NCBI GenBank assembly: GCA_051047955.1
Contig: JBPGPT010000007.1
Location: forward strand, 248,001 to 312,000
Origin: Cystobasidiomycetes sp. EMM_F5
Lineage: Eukaryota
Reading direction: 5' to 3'
DNA: 64,000 nt
The position numbers were made by a program, and so were the translations under genes. Of this stretch, positions 25,312 through 37,576 are shown piece by piece; positions within the stretch are counted from its first letter, which is position 1; each line of letters begins with the position of its first letter. The notes under the pieces are model-generated. The model made no database searches. It saw only the letters and a list, made by a program, of their open reading frames with translations, and was not told the DNA's origin.

Positions 25312-25889
25312 ATGATCCCCGATACACGTGGTCAGCTGCTCCTCGGTCCTTTCGTAGTGACTGGAGTCGTTCTTTTCGGTCTGGCGATATTTGGAGGACT
25401 CAGCCGCGGACAGCAGTATGTAGATACGTGTATGGATGGAGAGAGACTTCGTCAGATACGTGTATTCATGTTATCCGTGTTCGGAGGTTGGTGCGGATTG
25501 GACCAATTCTACGCGTAAGTCGAGCACTCTTAACAGGCGACTTTGCTAAAGTGTCTATATTGCAGTGGAAATTTTCAGCTGGCTCTACCAAAGTTGATCT
25601 TGTCCTTGTGCCCACCTTTATGCTTGTTTCGTCTTAGTCTGGTCGATGAAGGCGCGTAGGCCCGCAAACCATTGGATCAATGTTGGCTTTCTTCTACTCG
25701 CTTGTATTGGTGGCTTCCTGGTGGCTTACCGATGTTGCTCTGTGGTAAGCATTCCGTCAATATGACAGCCCTAAATCCTGTTGACACGCATTGCTTACGC
25801 TACGAAGGGCAATACCAATCTATACGACCGGGACGAACGGCGTACACTTTGGCGATCCCACACGCCAATGTGCTGTAGTTGGATGGTAG
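25312..25889 (+). pseudogene. TM2-domain gene, array copy C (frameshift and premature stop)
   Basis: QIRVFMLSVFGGWCGLDQFYA|GNFQLALPKLI reaches TAG at 25657-25659; the conserved WWLTDVALW and YTTGTNGVHFGDPTRQC segments lie in a shifted frame. Confidence 0.7.
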
Positions 25890-26412
25890 AGCATGATCAT
25901 CGTCCCTAGATCCTCAAATCGCTTGACAGCATTGTTACAATCGCGCTGAGGAATATCGGAATTACATTGACCCTGACAAGAACATAGGAATCTTCAGCGT
26001 CATTGTAACCAGTGCTGCCTGCGCTGTAGCCTAAAATATGGTTATGCCTGTCCCACTTGAGTCGAGACGGCAGTGTAGCCAGTGCCTTGTTTCCAGAGAC
26101 GATGTGGGCAGATGATGTTGGATGCCTGACTACGAAAAGCGAGTCTATGCTATTTCCGCACACGAGCCGGTCAGCATGGAGCCAGTAATCCAAACAGGAC
26201 TGTTGCCGCATGATCCATTAGGTGACCAGCTGTTCTGCCGATATATGGCGTCATCAACAGTCCAGCAGTACATTCCCAGTAGAACCGATGCGAGTCACTT
26301 GAAGTTGCAGATACTCGCGCGTGGGTGTATGAAAGTTGAAATCGCGAGCAAAAATAGCTGCTGTATAAATAATCTGATTCGCCAGTAGCTTGCTTTACGA
26401 TAACGAGCGGAG

Positions 26413-26840
26413 ATGCCGCAGGAGGGGGAATCTCTCTGCTGCAGCCTGGCATTAGCAGTCAGTCTAATCGCCTGCCTGGTCACAATCTCTCGACATCCAC
26501 CCGGTGTGAATAATGTCATCAACAGTCCTGACAGACTGCAGATGATACATGTTTTCATGTTGTTGGGGTACGCTGTGTGGTCAGGACTAGACCATTTCCT
26601 GCAGTAGATACTAGTCCTAAACTTACAATCGTGAGCAAAGCTGAAAGATACATTCAGCACAAACCGCAAGGGAAAAAGCTCCTGCAATGCTCTACTCACC
26701 TACTCTATTCTGGCGCTACTGCGTGCGGCCTCTTCAGAATGCACAGCTCTCGTACCCAGAGCGCTAATGGCCGGCCTCAATCTCATTATATCGATGGTGC
26801 TCATTGCTTCCTGCTGGATGGCCGATACTGCATTATGGTC
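26413..26840 (+). pseudogene. TM2-domain gene, array copy D (degenerate)
   Basis: MIHVFMLLGYAVWSGLDHF and later ASCWMADTALW|gtcagt match the family; weak donor, frame break and no recognisable last exon. Confidence 0.55.
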
Positions 26841-27816
26841 AGTCAGAACTTACTACTCACAGCTGAACACACTGACATTACACTCTATCTGACAGATGTT
26901 GGGTGTTTCGAACAGGGTGGTGTGATAAGCCAATCCAGGCATAAACGAGACCATGGTTAGCGTCGAAGCAGGTAGTGGAGATGGCAACGGAAGATACTGG
27001 CTCGCAAGCTCTGAAGTCTATCACATGTGGCGATGCAGCAAGTTAGCTGCGCATTAGACAAGCTTTGATTTGTATACCACACTAAAGTCACGCCACCACA
27101 AGCGGGACGTACTAGCTGAGGCCGAGGCGCTGTCAGACACAACTCCCAAGGGCTTGAATCCTTCCGTACATCAAGATTGCCTTTCCAGTAAGTCAGCTCA
27201 ATCTCCGCATAGAGCGCTCCTCCGTCATCGGTTCAAACTGTATAGTCCTGTCAGTGCAATCAGCTCGCAGAGAACGCCTGTCAGATATCCTGGATGCAGT
27301 CAGTGTAGATCAGATCACGTCAGTCCTGCTGCAGAGTGCAGTCGATATGTGCTCATTGTCGCAGGGAATTTGCTGGTCGTCCCCGATTGCCGAGCTGGGT
27401 TGGCAGCTGGACAACCGACATGTCTGCACACAATGCTGTTGAATGATGTCCGGACCTTCTCCAACACATTTGTATCAGTACTCAGCTGCTCCACGGCGCT
27501 TTCAATTGGCCTGATGCTCCGACCAACTTCAGCTTTGGCCTGTCTCAGACGCGTTCCCGACCAGCAGCCAAAATGATCACCGCACCCCGACCATGACCGC
27601 GCCGTCGACGCGCCGTAGAGGTTTGGCCGCAATTGTCTCGCAGTTTGAATCAGCCGTTGACCCGCTTAGACCCGATTGCGCTGCGCTTGGAGTTTTGTGA
27701 AATATTTCAAAGTCCTCGTTCCTCTTTCTGTTTCCCTCCTTCTGTTTCAGAACACACCTCCATCCACAAGTCGGTAAGTGGGACTGAGCGAGATTTGTAT
27801 TGGACATTGAGTGACT

Positions 27817-28352
27817 CTTTGTATTTGTCATGAGTGATTGCAGTCGTCTGTTGTCACCCTCCTCCGACTGACCACGTAGCCTGAGCACAGATCTCCACTC
27901 CCCATCCACACATTCTGTCGCATTGTCGTTTGCACTGACAGCTCATATCCACAACCATCAGCGTCTGCATTCCCGCACTGTCCTCCCTCCGAAGCCCACT
28001 CTACACCTCTTGACAAGCTTGCTTGCCGGGGTAAACATTTCTCAAACAACGCTTTGTCCCATCGACCTCAAACACCTCTTCCCTCTTCCTCTCTTACCTG
28101 CACAGATATAAAAGAGCATTCATTGTCAAGCTTGTCTCTTTCCTTTCCTCCATCCTGAGCATTCGACACCGCTCCTTGTCGACAAGCTGGACATTCATTC
28201 GGGGGGAAAACATAGCAGCAATCAGAAGACTGACCAGGTGCGTACTCGGATGATCATTAGTCTTGCACGACACTCTCCAACGCTTGCGCACATTGTACTT
28301 TGTTTGTTTTCCCCTCCACCGTCTGTCAGCGTTTGTGTGACACTTCGTGACA
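27817..28352 (+). promoter_or_regulatory. Putative mei2 promoter/5' leader: TATA box plus clustered CWTTGT and TGACA motifs
   Basis: TATAAAAG at 28107-28114, six CWTTGT and eight TGACA/TGTCA occurrences within about 540 bp. Confidence 0.45.
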
Positions 28353-28392
28353 ACTGGGCAGACTTTCCCTCATTCAGTCCGTCTTCCGCACA

Positions 28393-31300
28393 ATGGATGT
28401 GTCAAATACAGCCAAAAAGCTGGTGAGTCAGTGATTGCATCTTGTCGAAATGTTCTGAATCTGTCACTTCTCGCTCCCACTTGCAGAATGCACTGACACC
28501 ACCTGCTCCACCCAACGACAAATCCAACCTGCCCTTTACCGGACTTTCCGAGTCAGTGCTGTACAAGGCGACAGAGTCAGGTAACTGACATGCTCCCAGT
28601 CCCGCCACTACTTCCAACAGTGCACCGTTCTTATACGCAGCAGTAGCTCGTCGTGGATCCCTTTCTACGCACGCTCACGTATCGACTACCCCTTCCACCG
28701 CTGACAATCTCGAATTGAGCTTCTCGTCTTCGACTTCTGCTCAAAATACACTGCCTCCTACGCCCGTACAGGACCAGCGAAAGGCTAGTCAATCTAGGTA
28801 TCCATTCTCCAAGCTTCCAGGAAAGCACTCCAACACAGACTCAGAGTCTTTCAATCTATATCCACCCTCTCCACCTACTACGAATCCTCGTGACCAGTTG
28901 AAATCTCTGTTCTCCCGTCCTGTTATGTCTCCTCTTTATCGCGGTCATCTCGACCAGAGCTTCGCTTCGTCGTCCGTTAGCCCTGTATCCTTACCTCCAC
29001 CTGCACGGCTTCAGTACTGCATCGGGGACAATGACAGTCCATCGTCGCTCCGTCAGCATAGCGGCAGAGGCGTGCACTTTGGTATGCCTTATGACTCGCC
29101 AATTCCTCCTCGCGCAAGAAGCGCGAGTTCACTCTCCTCCATTTCATCTGCTCACTATGACGTGAATGCAAAGCCCTCACCGACAGCATCTGTCTTTGCG
29201 GCTGATACACAATCGCAGTATCAGGAGGCAATACGGCAAACTGCATCTGCAGGAATGGACGATGATCTACATGGTAGAATGGGTCTCAGTGCTCGCTCTC
29301 CTACGTCCTCCACACATGTATCTCCTGCTACATCTACTCGTGCTGCTTCTTCCTCTTCGGCGGTGTCTTCACACTCGATGTCAAGACCTTCCTCAAAGCA
29401 ACAACAAGATCTTCATGTTGTTGCTGCTCGCCCTGAACCGACTGCAAGCAATTCACAGCAAGAAAGCGCTGGCGACACTTTGCTTCAATCAATGCTGTCG
29501 AAGCTTGACCTTGATGGACATTCGGCAAAGGACGAAGCGGATCTCTGTGCTAGGGAGAACCGAGCTGAAAAGCCCGTCAGTGCCAAAAATGAGCCGACCG
29601 TTACACATGACGCGCGCGATGACAAGCTGAGCGTGGCTTTCAAGCACTCTGATTCTTACAAGACAAACATATCTCAGCCGCCCTTGAGCAGTCTCTCGCA
29701 GGACAAAATCACCCCTCTTTTCGACCCCTCCAAAGCCAATCAGGCAGGAACCGAGACTCGTTATGTCTTCGTATCGGGCTTGCCATCTATGCCTGATTTT
29801 GACGTTGTTGAGATGGTTGAGGCTTTCAAGGCGAGTTTCCGCTCATCTATGCTGTCTTCCGCTGTCTGACTCACATCCTTACCTCATATTCAGAAGTATG
29901 CACCGCTCAGAGGCGTATTTGGCCGCGCATTGTATCTGCATGGCATCGTCGTCCTTTCTTACTTTGACACAAGATGTGCAGCACGCGCCCTTCGAGCCAT
30001 CCATCTGGACTCCAATCCTGCTTTCCACTATAGGAATCTGCAAGGTACCTTCATTACCCGACAGCAGTTCCTTCAGGTAAGTCATTGAATGCAGCACGCT
30101 TGCAGGTTTGATCCGATCACATCTGATATCGAATGTCCTAGATTGCGGACGGCTGGTTTGCAAACAAGCTTCTTTCTATCGGAGAAGGCAAGCTGCTTGT
30201 TCGAGCTGAAATTTTCAACCCGACAACATTGGAGGTCTGTCTGCCATTCAACAAGCACTTGCTGGTCCGTCAGGTTGATGAGACTTGCTGTTTACACAGG
30301 ATTACTTCCGCACCTTTGGCGACATAAAATCTTTGACTTTATCTGCCACGGAGCCGGGCCTCTATCATTTAGAGTATTTCGACGATAGTATCGCTTGCAG
30401 TGCCTTTACGAGAATCACTGAGCGAGCAGTGAGTACCATTTTCGCGGTATATTGCAGCAGCATGCTAAGTCGACGACTTCAGATTGCAGGACTTGATATC
30501 GGATGGGAAGACATTCAGACCCTTGTAAGCCGACCGACATACCTCCTCATTCCGGAATCGGCACTGACTGATATGCGCTACTCAGAACGATCATGTCCGC
30601 TCACAGACCCACTCGAGTGATCTTCCGTTCGAGAAGGTCATCTCTGCTCCGCGTAATACCCCGATCTATCGGACAGCATCCCCACCTTTGCAGGCACTGC
30701 CTGTTCCTCGATTGCATCAGCGATTCCCAGATAGCTCGCAAGATACATCCCTCGGAACTCCAAACACTTCTGGAACATCCGACTCAAGCTATCCCTCTTT
30801 CCTCACAAGCCCTTATCAGCCGTCCCCGAGTACCTCGGCTTCTGTATCCGCTTCAGCGTATGAGAGAGAACGTCAGCGAGAAGAGCCAAAGCTACCATCT
30901 GGCTTTGCGTCAGCTCTGAACAAGCCTGTCACCAGACCTCTTCCTCCCATTCCTGGTTTGGAAGGTCAGTATGTTCCCAATGATCCCAAGTCGCCATACG
31001 GCAGCAACGGAAATAACTGGGGTCTATTGCGAGACGAGTGAGTCCGCTTGTACTCTACTGACTTCAGTCATGCTGATCGACCACTTCTGCTAAACAGTCC
31101 TATCCCCGCCAACAATGTCATTCACTTTGACAGAATCTTCAGTGGCCAAGAGACGCGCACTTCATGCATCCTTCGTAACCTTCCAAACCGAATGACTCAG
31201 CTCGAATTGATGGAAGTGAGTCAGAGTTCCTCCAGCAACACGCCCTCGCACTCTAACGATGCCGTGAAGGATCTCGACCAAGTCGTTCCAAAAGAGTACG

Positions 31301-31873
31301 ACTTCATCTACCTTCGCTTCGACTTCCAATCTGGCTCGAATTGCGGATTTGGCTTTGTCAACTTTATCAACATGGCCGCTCTCGTCAAATTCTGGAATGC
31401 TCGACTGGGCAAGATGTGGGACTCGGCCAACTCTCGCAAGATTGTCATGGGCGGATTTGCAAATATCCAGGTGCGTTGATCTTCGTTAAGCCTACATCAA
31501 TCGAGCTGAATCAAGTCCCTCCGACAGGGCAAAGCCGCGTTGATTGAGCGATTCCGCAATTCATCGGTGATGGATCAGCATCCAGAGTACGTCATCACTG
31601 AGGTGCATGATCTGACAGCTGACATGGATCTGTCGTTTCTTCAGCTATCGACCGAAAGTCTTCTGGTCGGATGGACCAAACAAGGGTCTGCCCGAGCCTT
31701 TCCCGGTCTCCAACAATTCGCTCCGCAAGGCCAGATCGACGTATGCCACTGGCATGTATGGTCGTAAGTCTTGTTGCGTCTCCTGAAGAAGAGCAAAGTC
31801 TGACACGCTATGCAATCTAGTCTACGGCAGCAGACCCAAAGGCGGCTTCCGACCAGTCCCTGTCCATCACTAG
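28393..31873 (+). CDS. mei2: Mei2-like RNA-binding protein (N-terminal RRMs plus Mei2-type C-terminal RRM)
   Basis: ETRTSCILRNLPNRMT...YDFIYLRFDFQSGSNCGFGFVNF...FANIQGKAALIERFRNSSVM...YRPKVF is the Mei2 RRM3 signature; earlier RRM segments TRYVFVSGLP and YFRTFGDIKS; many exons. Confidence 0.88.
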
Positions 31874-32587
31874 GAGCGTCGGCGGATGCTACACTGCATA
31901 CAGCTGCCAAATATCTCCGCACTCAGGCTTCATCGAGCACAATAAGATGAACTCTCATTCAATCTCTCGCAAGGTCGTGCGGTCCAGCTCCGTATACATT
32001 TTTTCAGAACTCAGCAAATGGACGTCACGCTTTTGATGCGGAGGGTACCTTTGCGCAACTTTCGTTCTTCGCGACTACAATTCCCATGATATGACTACTC
32101 CACGCTCTTACGCTCACGTCACAGACGACATACACGACTGCAACGACTGCCAAAACTCGCAATCAATCACGAAAAACATGATAACAACAAAAAACAAAAA
32201 CAAATCGATGAGAAGAGTACCCGCTGACGTAGATCAAAGATCAGCACGGATAGTACATCATTGCCATGTAGACCAGGATAGCAAATGGCTATTGCGATTA
32301 CCAAAGATCACCGTTATCTCCGTGAAAACACCCTCGTTGTCATGGTGAGATGATGCAATACAAGCACACGTCAACAGAATGCAATCTTTTATTACCATGC
32401 AAAGCTCAGCCAAGCTAAAAAGCCATTGAACGGCCGATGTGTGCGATGGTGCAGGTTGCATAAAGATTAATTACGTGTTTGCTATTAGGAGGGTGATGCG
32501 AGCTCTACGAGTGTGAGACTATACAAGGTAAGGGAGAGCTACATGATATAAGCGACAAGATGCGGACGATACATTAGCGTTCCAACA

Positions 32588-35358
32588 TTATACGGGAGGA
32601 ACGCGTTGTTCTGTTGGCTGGGTCGATTGGGTTGTGGCAGAAGTGACTGGCTGGGCAGCGCCAACTTCGTCAATCAAGCTAGGTGATCTCTGCTTGTTGA
32701 GAGAAGCCAAGTTGGGAATAACACACTCGTAGCTGGCGAACTGACGCCCCTTCTCTTCCTTACGCTGTATGGTAGATAGTCAGTATACCGAAATGAAAGC
32801 GAGTATATGAAAATTATAAAAAATGTTACGCACCCTGCTCTCAAGCCACATCCTGATACGAAGCCCGCTGACCTGCTCGGCACTTTCGTTGCCCTTGTCC
32901 TCGACTTTGCCCGTCTGCAGTTGTTTTCCCTTCTTGTGGATTAACTTGCTTCGTCTATGATGGCAGAAAATACCGTGCGAATGCTCATGAACAGGCTTGC
33001 CCGCTACTCCTGTTCCGGTCGGAGAGCTTGTAGGTCCTAGAGTACTGGGGTAGCCCTTCTTCTTGTCGAATGCATAATTTTCACGATGCCAGTTCAGGTC
33101 GCGCAGCGTATCCTTGTCTCCATTCTTGCTGCGGCCGGGAAGATGGGGATGATGATGTCCGGAAGTTTCATCGTCTGCATGTACATGACCGTTACGATCC
33201 TCACTACCGCGTAGCACATTGCGTGTACTCTTGTCGGCGCCTGCGTAGCCACCGGGTGTATCGCCACCAACTTCTTCGAAGTAGGTCCAGTTACTGCAGC
33301 GCAGAGTCAGCATGAGGAAAACGATAACATAGCTTTAGGGTAGAACGTACCGATTCGGCATAACTTTACGATGTCTAACATGTTTGCCCTGTTCTGGTCT
33401 CCTCTCAAACATTTCGACGAGCGACTCGTCTGTACTCTTGATAGGATGCCAATTATTGCCAATGTAGTGGTAGCCTATGCAAGCATTTGCAGACGGCGCT
33501 TGATTGACGATTGCCGACGAAATGACTTGGTACATGAGACGATGATCCGTTTCGGGTTTCAGGTTGAACGCTTTGCGGGTATCGGTGTCTGAGCGGAACA
33601 TTGCAAATGCAGCACAGTGTACGTCTCCAGAGAGAAAAGTGACTCGAATACTCTTCTTCTCGGCGAATTGCTGTAAGCGCGATAGGATCGAATTGCGCTC
33701 GTCTATATGTGAATCGTGACACCATTCGTCGAGAAGGCTGAGCACTTATCGAATTAGCTGTCGCGTTTCTAACTGTAAGAGAGACGGGTCCTTACTCGTC
33801 ATAAAACTCTGGTAGATCGAATATAGAATTCATACTCTTGATGAACGGCAGCTTGCGTACCCACGGGTTGGAGTTTACAAGGACATTAAAGATCTTCTCT
33901 GCTGGCCTTACTCTGATAAAGCTGAATGGGACTGCAAAGGCGACAATGAGATGCTGAGTCGTCGATAGTAATTGAGTATCGAGTCTTTCGAAAATCATCT
34001 CCATCGATCCCTTCTCGTGCACTTGGAGATGATTTCTCTCTGATCTGCCATCTGGAAGCACAATCGCCACTCGCGGTCCGAGCTGTGCGATCAGATTCTG
34101 TGCTTGTACACCGAAATAGCCATGTTCTCGCCATAGGGTCTCGTTCGTATGGTTCTGGAAGAGAAGGCGCATCTTGTGAGCGCTACGGAACAGGCCGAGC
34201 ATGACGGGCGAATCGTGCAATTCTGGCGGATAACTGCCAGCGCCGTCAAACAAGTCGTGATCGTCTGCAGAGAAGATTTAGCAACGAGGACTGGGTCGAA
34301 AACAGAGTTCCACTCACCCCATACCATCAAAGCAGGAATAGTTTGTAGTGCTGTCCGGACTTCTTTTCTCTCCCATGTTTCATGATATGTATTAAAGTAA
34401 TATTGCGCGACGTAGTTGCTCGTCTCTTCTGAAAACTCGTGCGTCCACTTGAGATCCCAGTCAAACTTGAGCCAACGCTTGAGGAATGGAATGTCTGCAA
34501 ATATAAAGTCGGAGTAGATCTGGTCTCCTCCCCATATGCTAAAGTGCATTGGAGCTTCATCGTGTACTGAATTGAGGTGCTTCCACACATTGTCAAAGCC
34601 TAGCAGCTCCACAGTCTCTTGCGGCACAGTCTCGTCAAAGCCGTTGCACGAAAAGAAGCATCCCCGAACTTTTTGCTCCCATCGGGGGATATTGAATACG
34701 TTTGCTTGCTTCTGCTGGCCGTTGTGGTGCATGCTCCACTCTATCCGCTCGTCACCTAGCCCTTCGGGTATGGGCATGGAAATGTCGAATCGTAATGCGA
34801 CCATTCCAAATATGTCGTTGTACAGGACGGTGGGAGATTGGCGGACATCGTATTTGAACGAAAGGGTGGGGGCGGGAGTGTCTGCGAGTGCAGTGTCAGT
34901 ATATACAGAGTAGCTTGCCACTCGATGCCGAGTGCATTCTCACCCCGCTTGTGTATAATCAGAGCACTGCCATGCCATCTCTTGTCGCTGGTGGTAGTTC
35001 TAAAGTGAAAGTATGGTCCTATCACGTCCGTCGGCCCTTTGCTGGATGGTTGGCAATTATCAGCGTGACATCACATGGCGGAGTTCGAGTCTCCAACCCA
35101 CGGCGGTCGATTTACTCCTGGACTCTGCGTCTTTGCGGGTTTGCTCTCTGCGGGCGCTGCGTCCGTCACGCTGTCTGCCCTCCTCACTCCTGCGACAGGT
35201 TCTGCCATGGGATGCGATGTATTTCTCGGCTGCAACAATGTCACATCGGCAGTTGCTTCCATTCCTTCTTCTTTGCGGACGGCGGTGTTCTTGTCGGCGT
35301 TGTTGCCATCCACGGGAATGAGGTTGCGCTCATTGTCATTGCTGCCATTGCTTGCCAT
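32588..35358 (-). CDS. PhoD-like phosphatase domain protein (fungal type)
   Basis: FFSCNGF, IWGGDQIYSD, MVW|DDHDLFDGAGSYP, LSGDVHCAA and YQVISSAIVN; last exon RQFASYECVIPNL ends at TAA 32588-32590. Confidence 0.85.
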
Positions 35359-35435
35359 TGTATTCGATATGCTCGTAGTTAAGTCAACAGGGTGCGAGTG
35401 GCGAGTGATAGATCGGGGCAAATTGACCGAGACAT

Positions 35436-35507
35436 GGAATTGACCGAGTCTCTCTTTGCCAAGTCACCGAGACTTGCCTTCTAAGGCAGCTTACCTCGGT
35501 CAATTCC
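35436..35507. repeat. Perfect 13-bp inverted repeat with internal hairpins in the PhoD/RPL3 divergent promoter
   Basis: GGAATTGACCGAG (35436-35448) and CTCGGTCAATTCC (35495-35507); an extra direct copy AATTGACCGAG at 35421-35431. Confidence 0.8.
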
Positions 35508-35751
35508 TCTTTGCAATTTTTCCAGAGGAAGATTCGATTGCAGGAGAGGGAGAGAGGGGAGAATTTGCAGAGTTGCGACAGAGTGGACACCCATAAAGCA
35601 GCGAGGTGAGCAGGATAAAATACTCTTACATTAGCACACGCTGACACTGTGCACAGTCTCCTCAGGTATGCACGCTCACTCGTTACCCGGGGGCAATGGC
35701 GTTTTAGGCTTACTAGAATGCAATCCCCCGTGATGTGATGGAAACACAGAC

Positions 35752-37135
35752 ATGTCGCACAGAAAGTTTGAGCATGTGAGTGCGACTTTATGCTGTGACG
35801 AGAGAGTGAGGCTGATGGTCTACGACAGCCCCGACATGGCTCCCTGGGCTTCCTCCCGAGAAAGAGGGCGGCCCGTCACAGAGGCAAAGTAAAGTCGTTC
35901 CCAGTCGACGACCCAAAGAAGCCTGTACACCTCACCGCCTTCCTCGGGTACAAGGCCGGCATGACGCACATTGTCCGAGAGCTCGAGAGGGTAAACTCGA
36001 GTGAGTGGGGTCGACTTGGAGGAAATTACAACCAGCTCACCGTCTGTTCCACGCGTTCCCAGAAATGCACAAGAAGGAGATTGTAGAGGCATGCACAGTC
36101 ATCGAGACACCCCCAATGGTCGTCGTCGGTGTAGTCGGCTACGTCGAGACTCCCCGTGGTCTGCGATCACTGACTACCGTGTGGGCCGAGCACCTGTCCG
36201 ACGAGGTCAAGCGGAGATTCTACAAGAACTGGTACCGCTCAAAGAAGAAGGCTTTCACAAAGTACGCCGCTCGTCACGCAGAGTCGTCTGGCAAGTCGGT
36301 ACAGCGTGAGCTAGAACGAATCCGCAAGTACTGCACCGTCGTCCGTGTACTCGCCCACACCCAGATTCGAAAGACCGGTCTCAGCCAAAAGAAGGCTCAC
36401 CTGATGGAGATTCAAGTGAATGGCGGTTCCGTTGCCGACAAGGTCGAATTTGCCAAGTCGCACTTTGAAAAGACGGTCGACGTGTCGTCGGTCTTTGAGC
36501 AGGACGAAAACATTGATGTCATTGGCGTCACAAAGGGTCACGGATTCGAAGGTGTGGTAGCGAGATGGGGCGTAAAGAAGCTGCCACGAAAGACGCACAA
36601 GGGTCTCCGAAAGGTCGCTTGTATCGGCGCTTGGCATCCAAGCAAGGTCATGTTCTCAGTCGCTCGTGCAGGTCAACGCGGTTACGGTCATCGTACAGCG
36701 ACAAACCTCAAGGTGTACCGTATCGGAAAGGGCGAAGATAATGCAAACGGTTCTACCGACTTTGACATCGTCAAGAAGGACATCAACCCGCTCGGTGGTT
36801 TCGTACGATACGGTCTCGTCAAGAATGACTTTGTACTCCTCAAGGGTTCCACACCAGGCGTCAAGAAGCGTGTCCTCACCCTCCGAAAATCTCTTCAGAC
36901 TCATACCTCAAGGAAGGCACTCGAACAGATCAGCCTCAAGTGGATTTCCACTGCTTCACAGTACGTTGTGTTACTCTTTGGTGGATGTGGGGCTCTTTTG
37001 GGCCCGCACGCCACCGAAATGATCTTCAACAATACTGAATATACTTGCTTCTAATCACTTAGGTTTGGGCATGGACGTGCACAAACGAAGGAAGAGAAGG
37101 AGCAATTTTTGGGACAGCGGAAAATCCGGGCTTAG
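35752..37135 (+). CDS. RPL3: 60S ribosomal protein L3 (uL3), multi-exon
   Basis: [52 protein letters not shown] and final exon FGHGRAQT; stop TAG 37133-37135. Confidence 0.98.
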
Positions 37136-37576
37136 ACATTTTTCATTTTGTTTGTCTTCGTTTGTCCTGGTGGCGAAGTGTGAGTGTTGCAAAAACGCTG
37201 CATTACAATCCTTGAGTGTGACTGCGACTGTAGCTGGTCACTCCTTCACCATCAGCGACTGATCTCCTCCCTGTTTGCCCTCCTTGACTACTTATATCCC
37301 TCCTACCTCGGGCGCACGGTCCCATAAACCGTTGCGACCGCTCACTAATTTTCAATCGAAACTCCGTCACTCCCTGGGTATAAATCTAGCATTGTTTGTT
37401 GTTTTCTGGTTTGATTCCTTTCCAAAACACCCAGTTCTGAAATTAACATCACCCCTGGCCCTCAAACAGCAAGTATCTTTGCGCTGACATTCTATCTGAC
37501 ACTAGCAACTGCGACTGACGCCCATCTAACCTGAATGTTGCATGCGCTCTTATACTCACAATCACACAGCATTGCT

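Noticed and set aside
36620..36645. RPL3 as a trichothecene-resistance allele
   Set aside because: The GAWHP tryptophan is unchanged and no toxin biosynthetic cluster is nearby.
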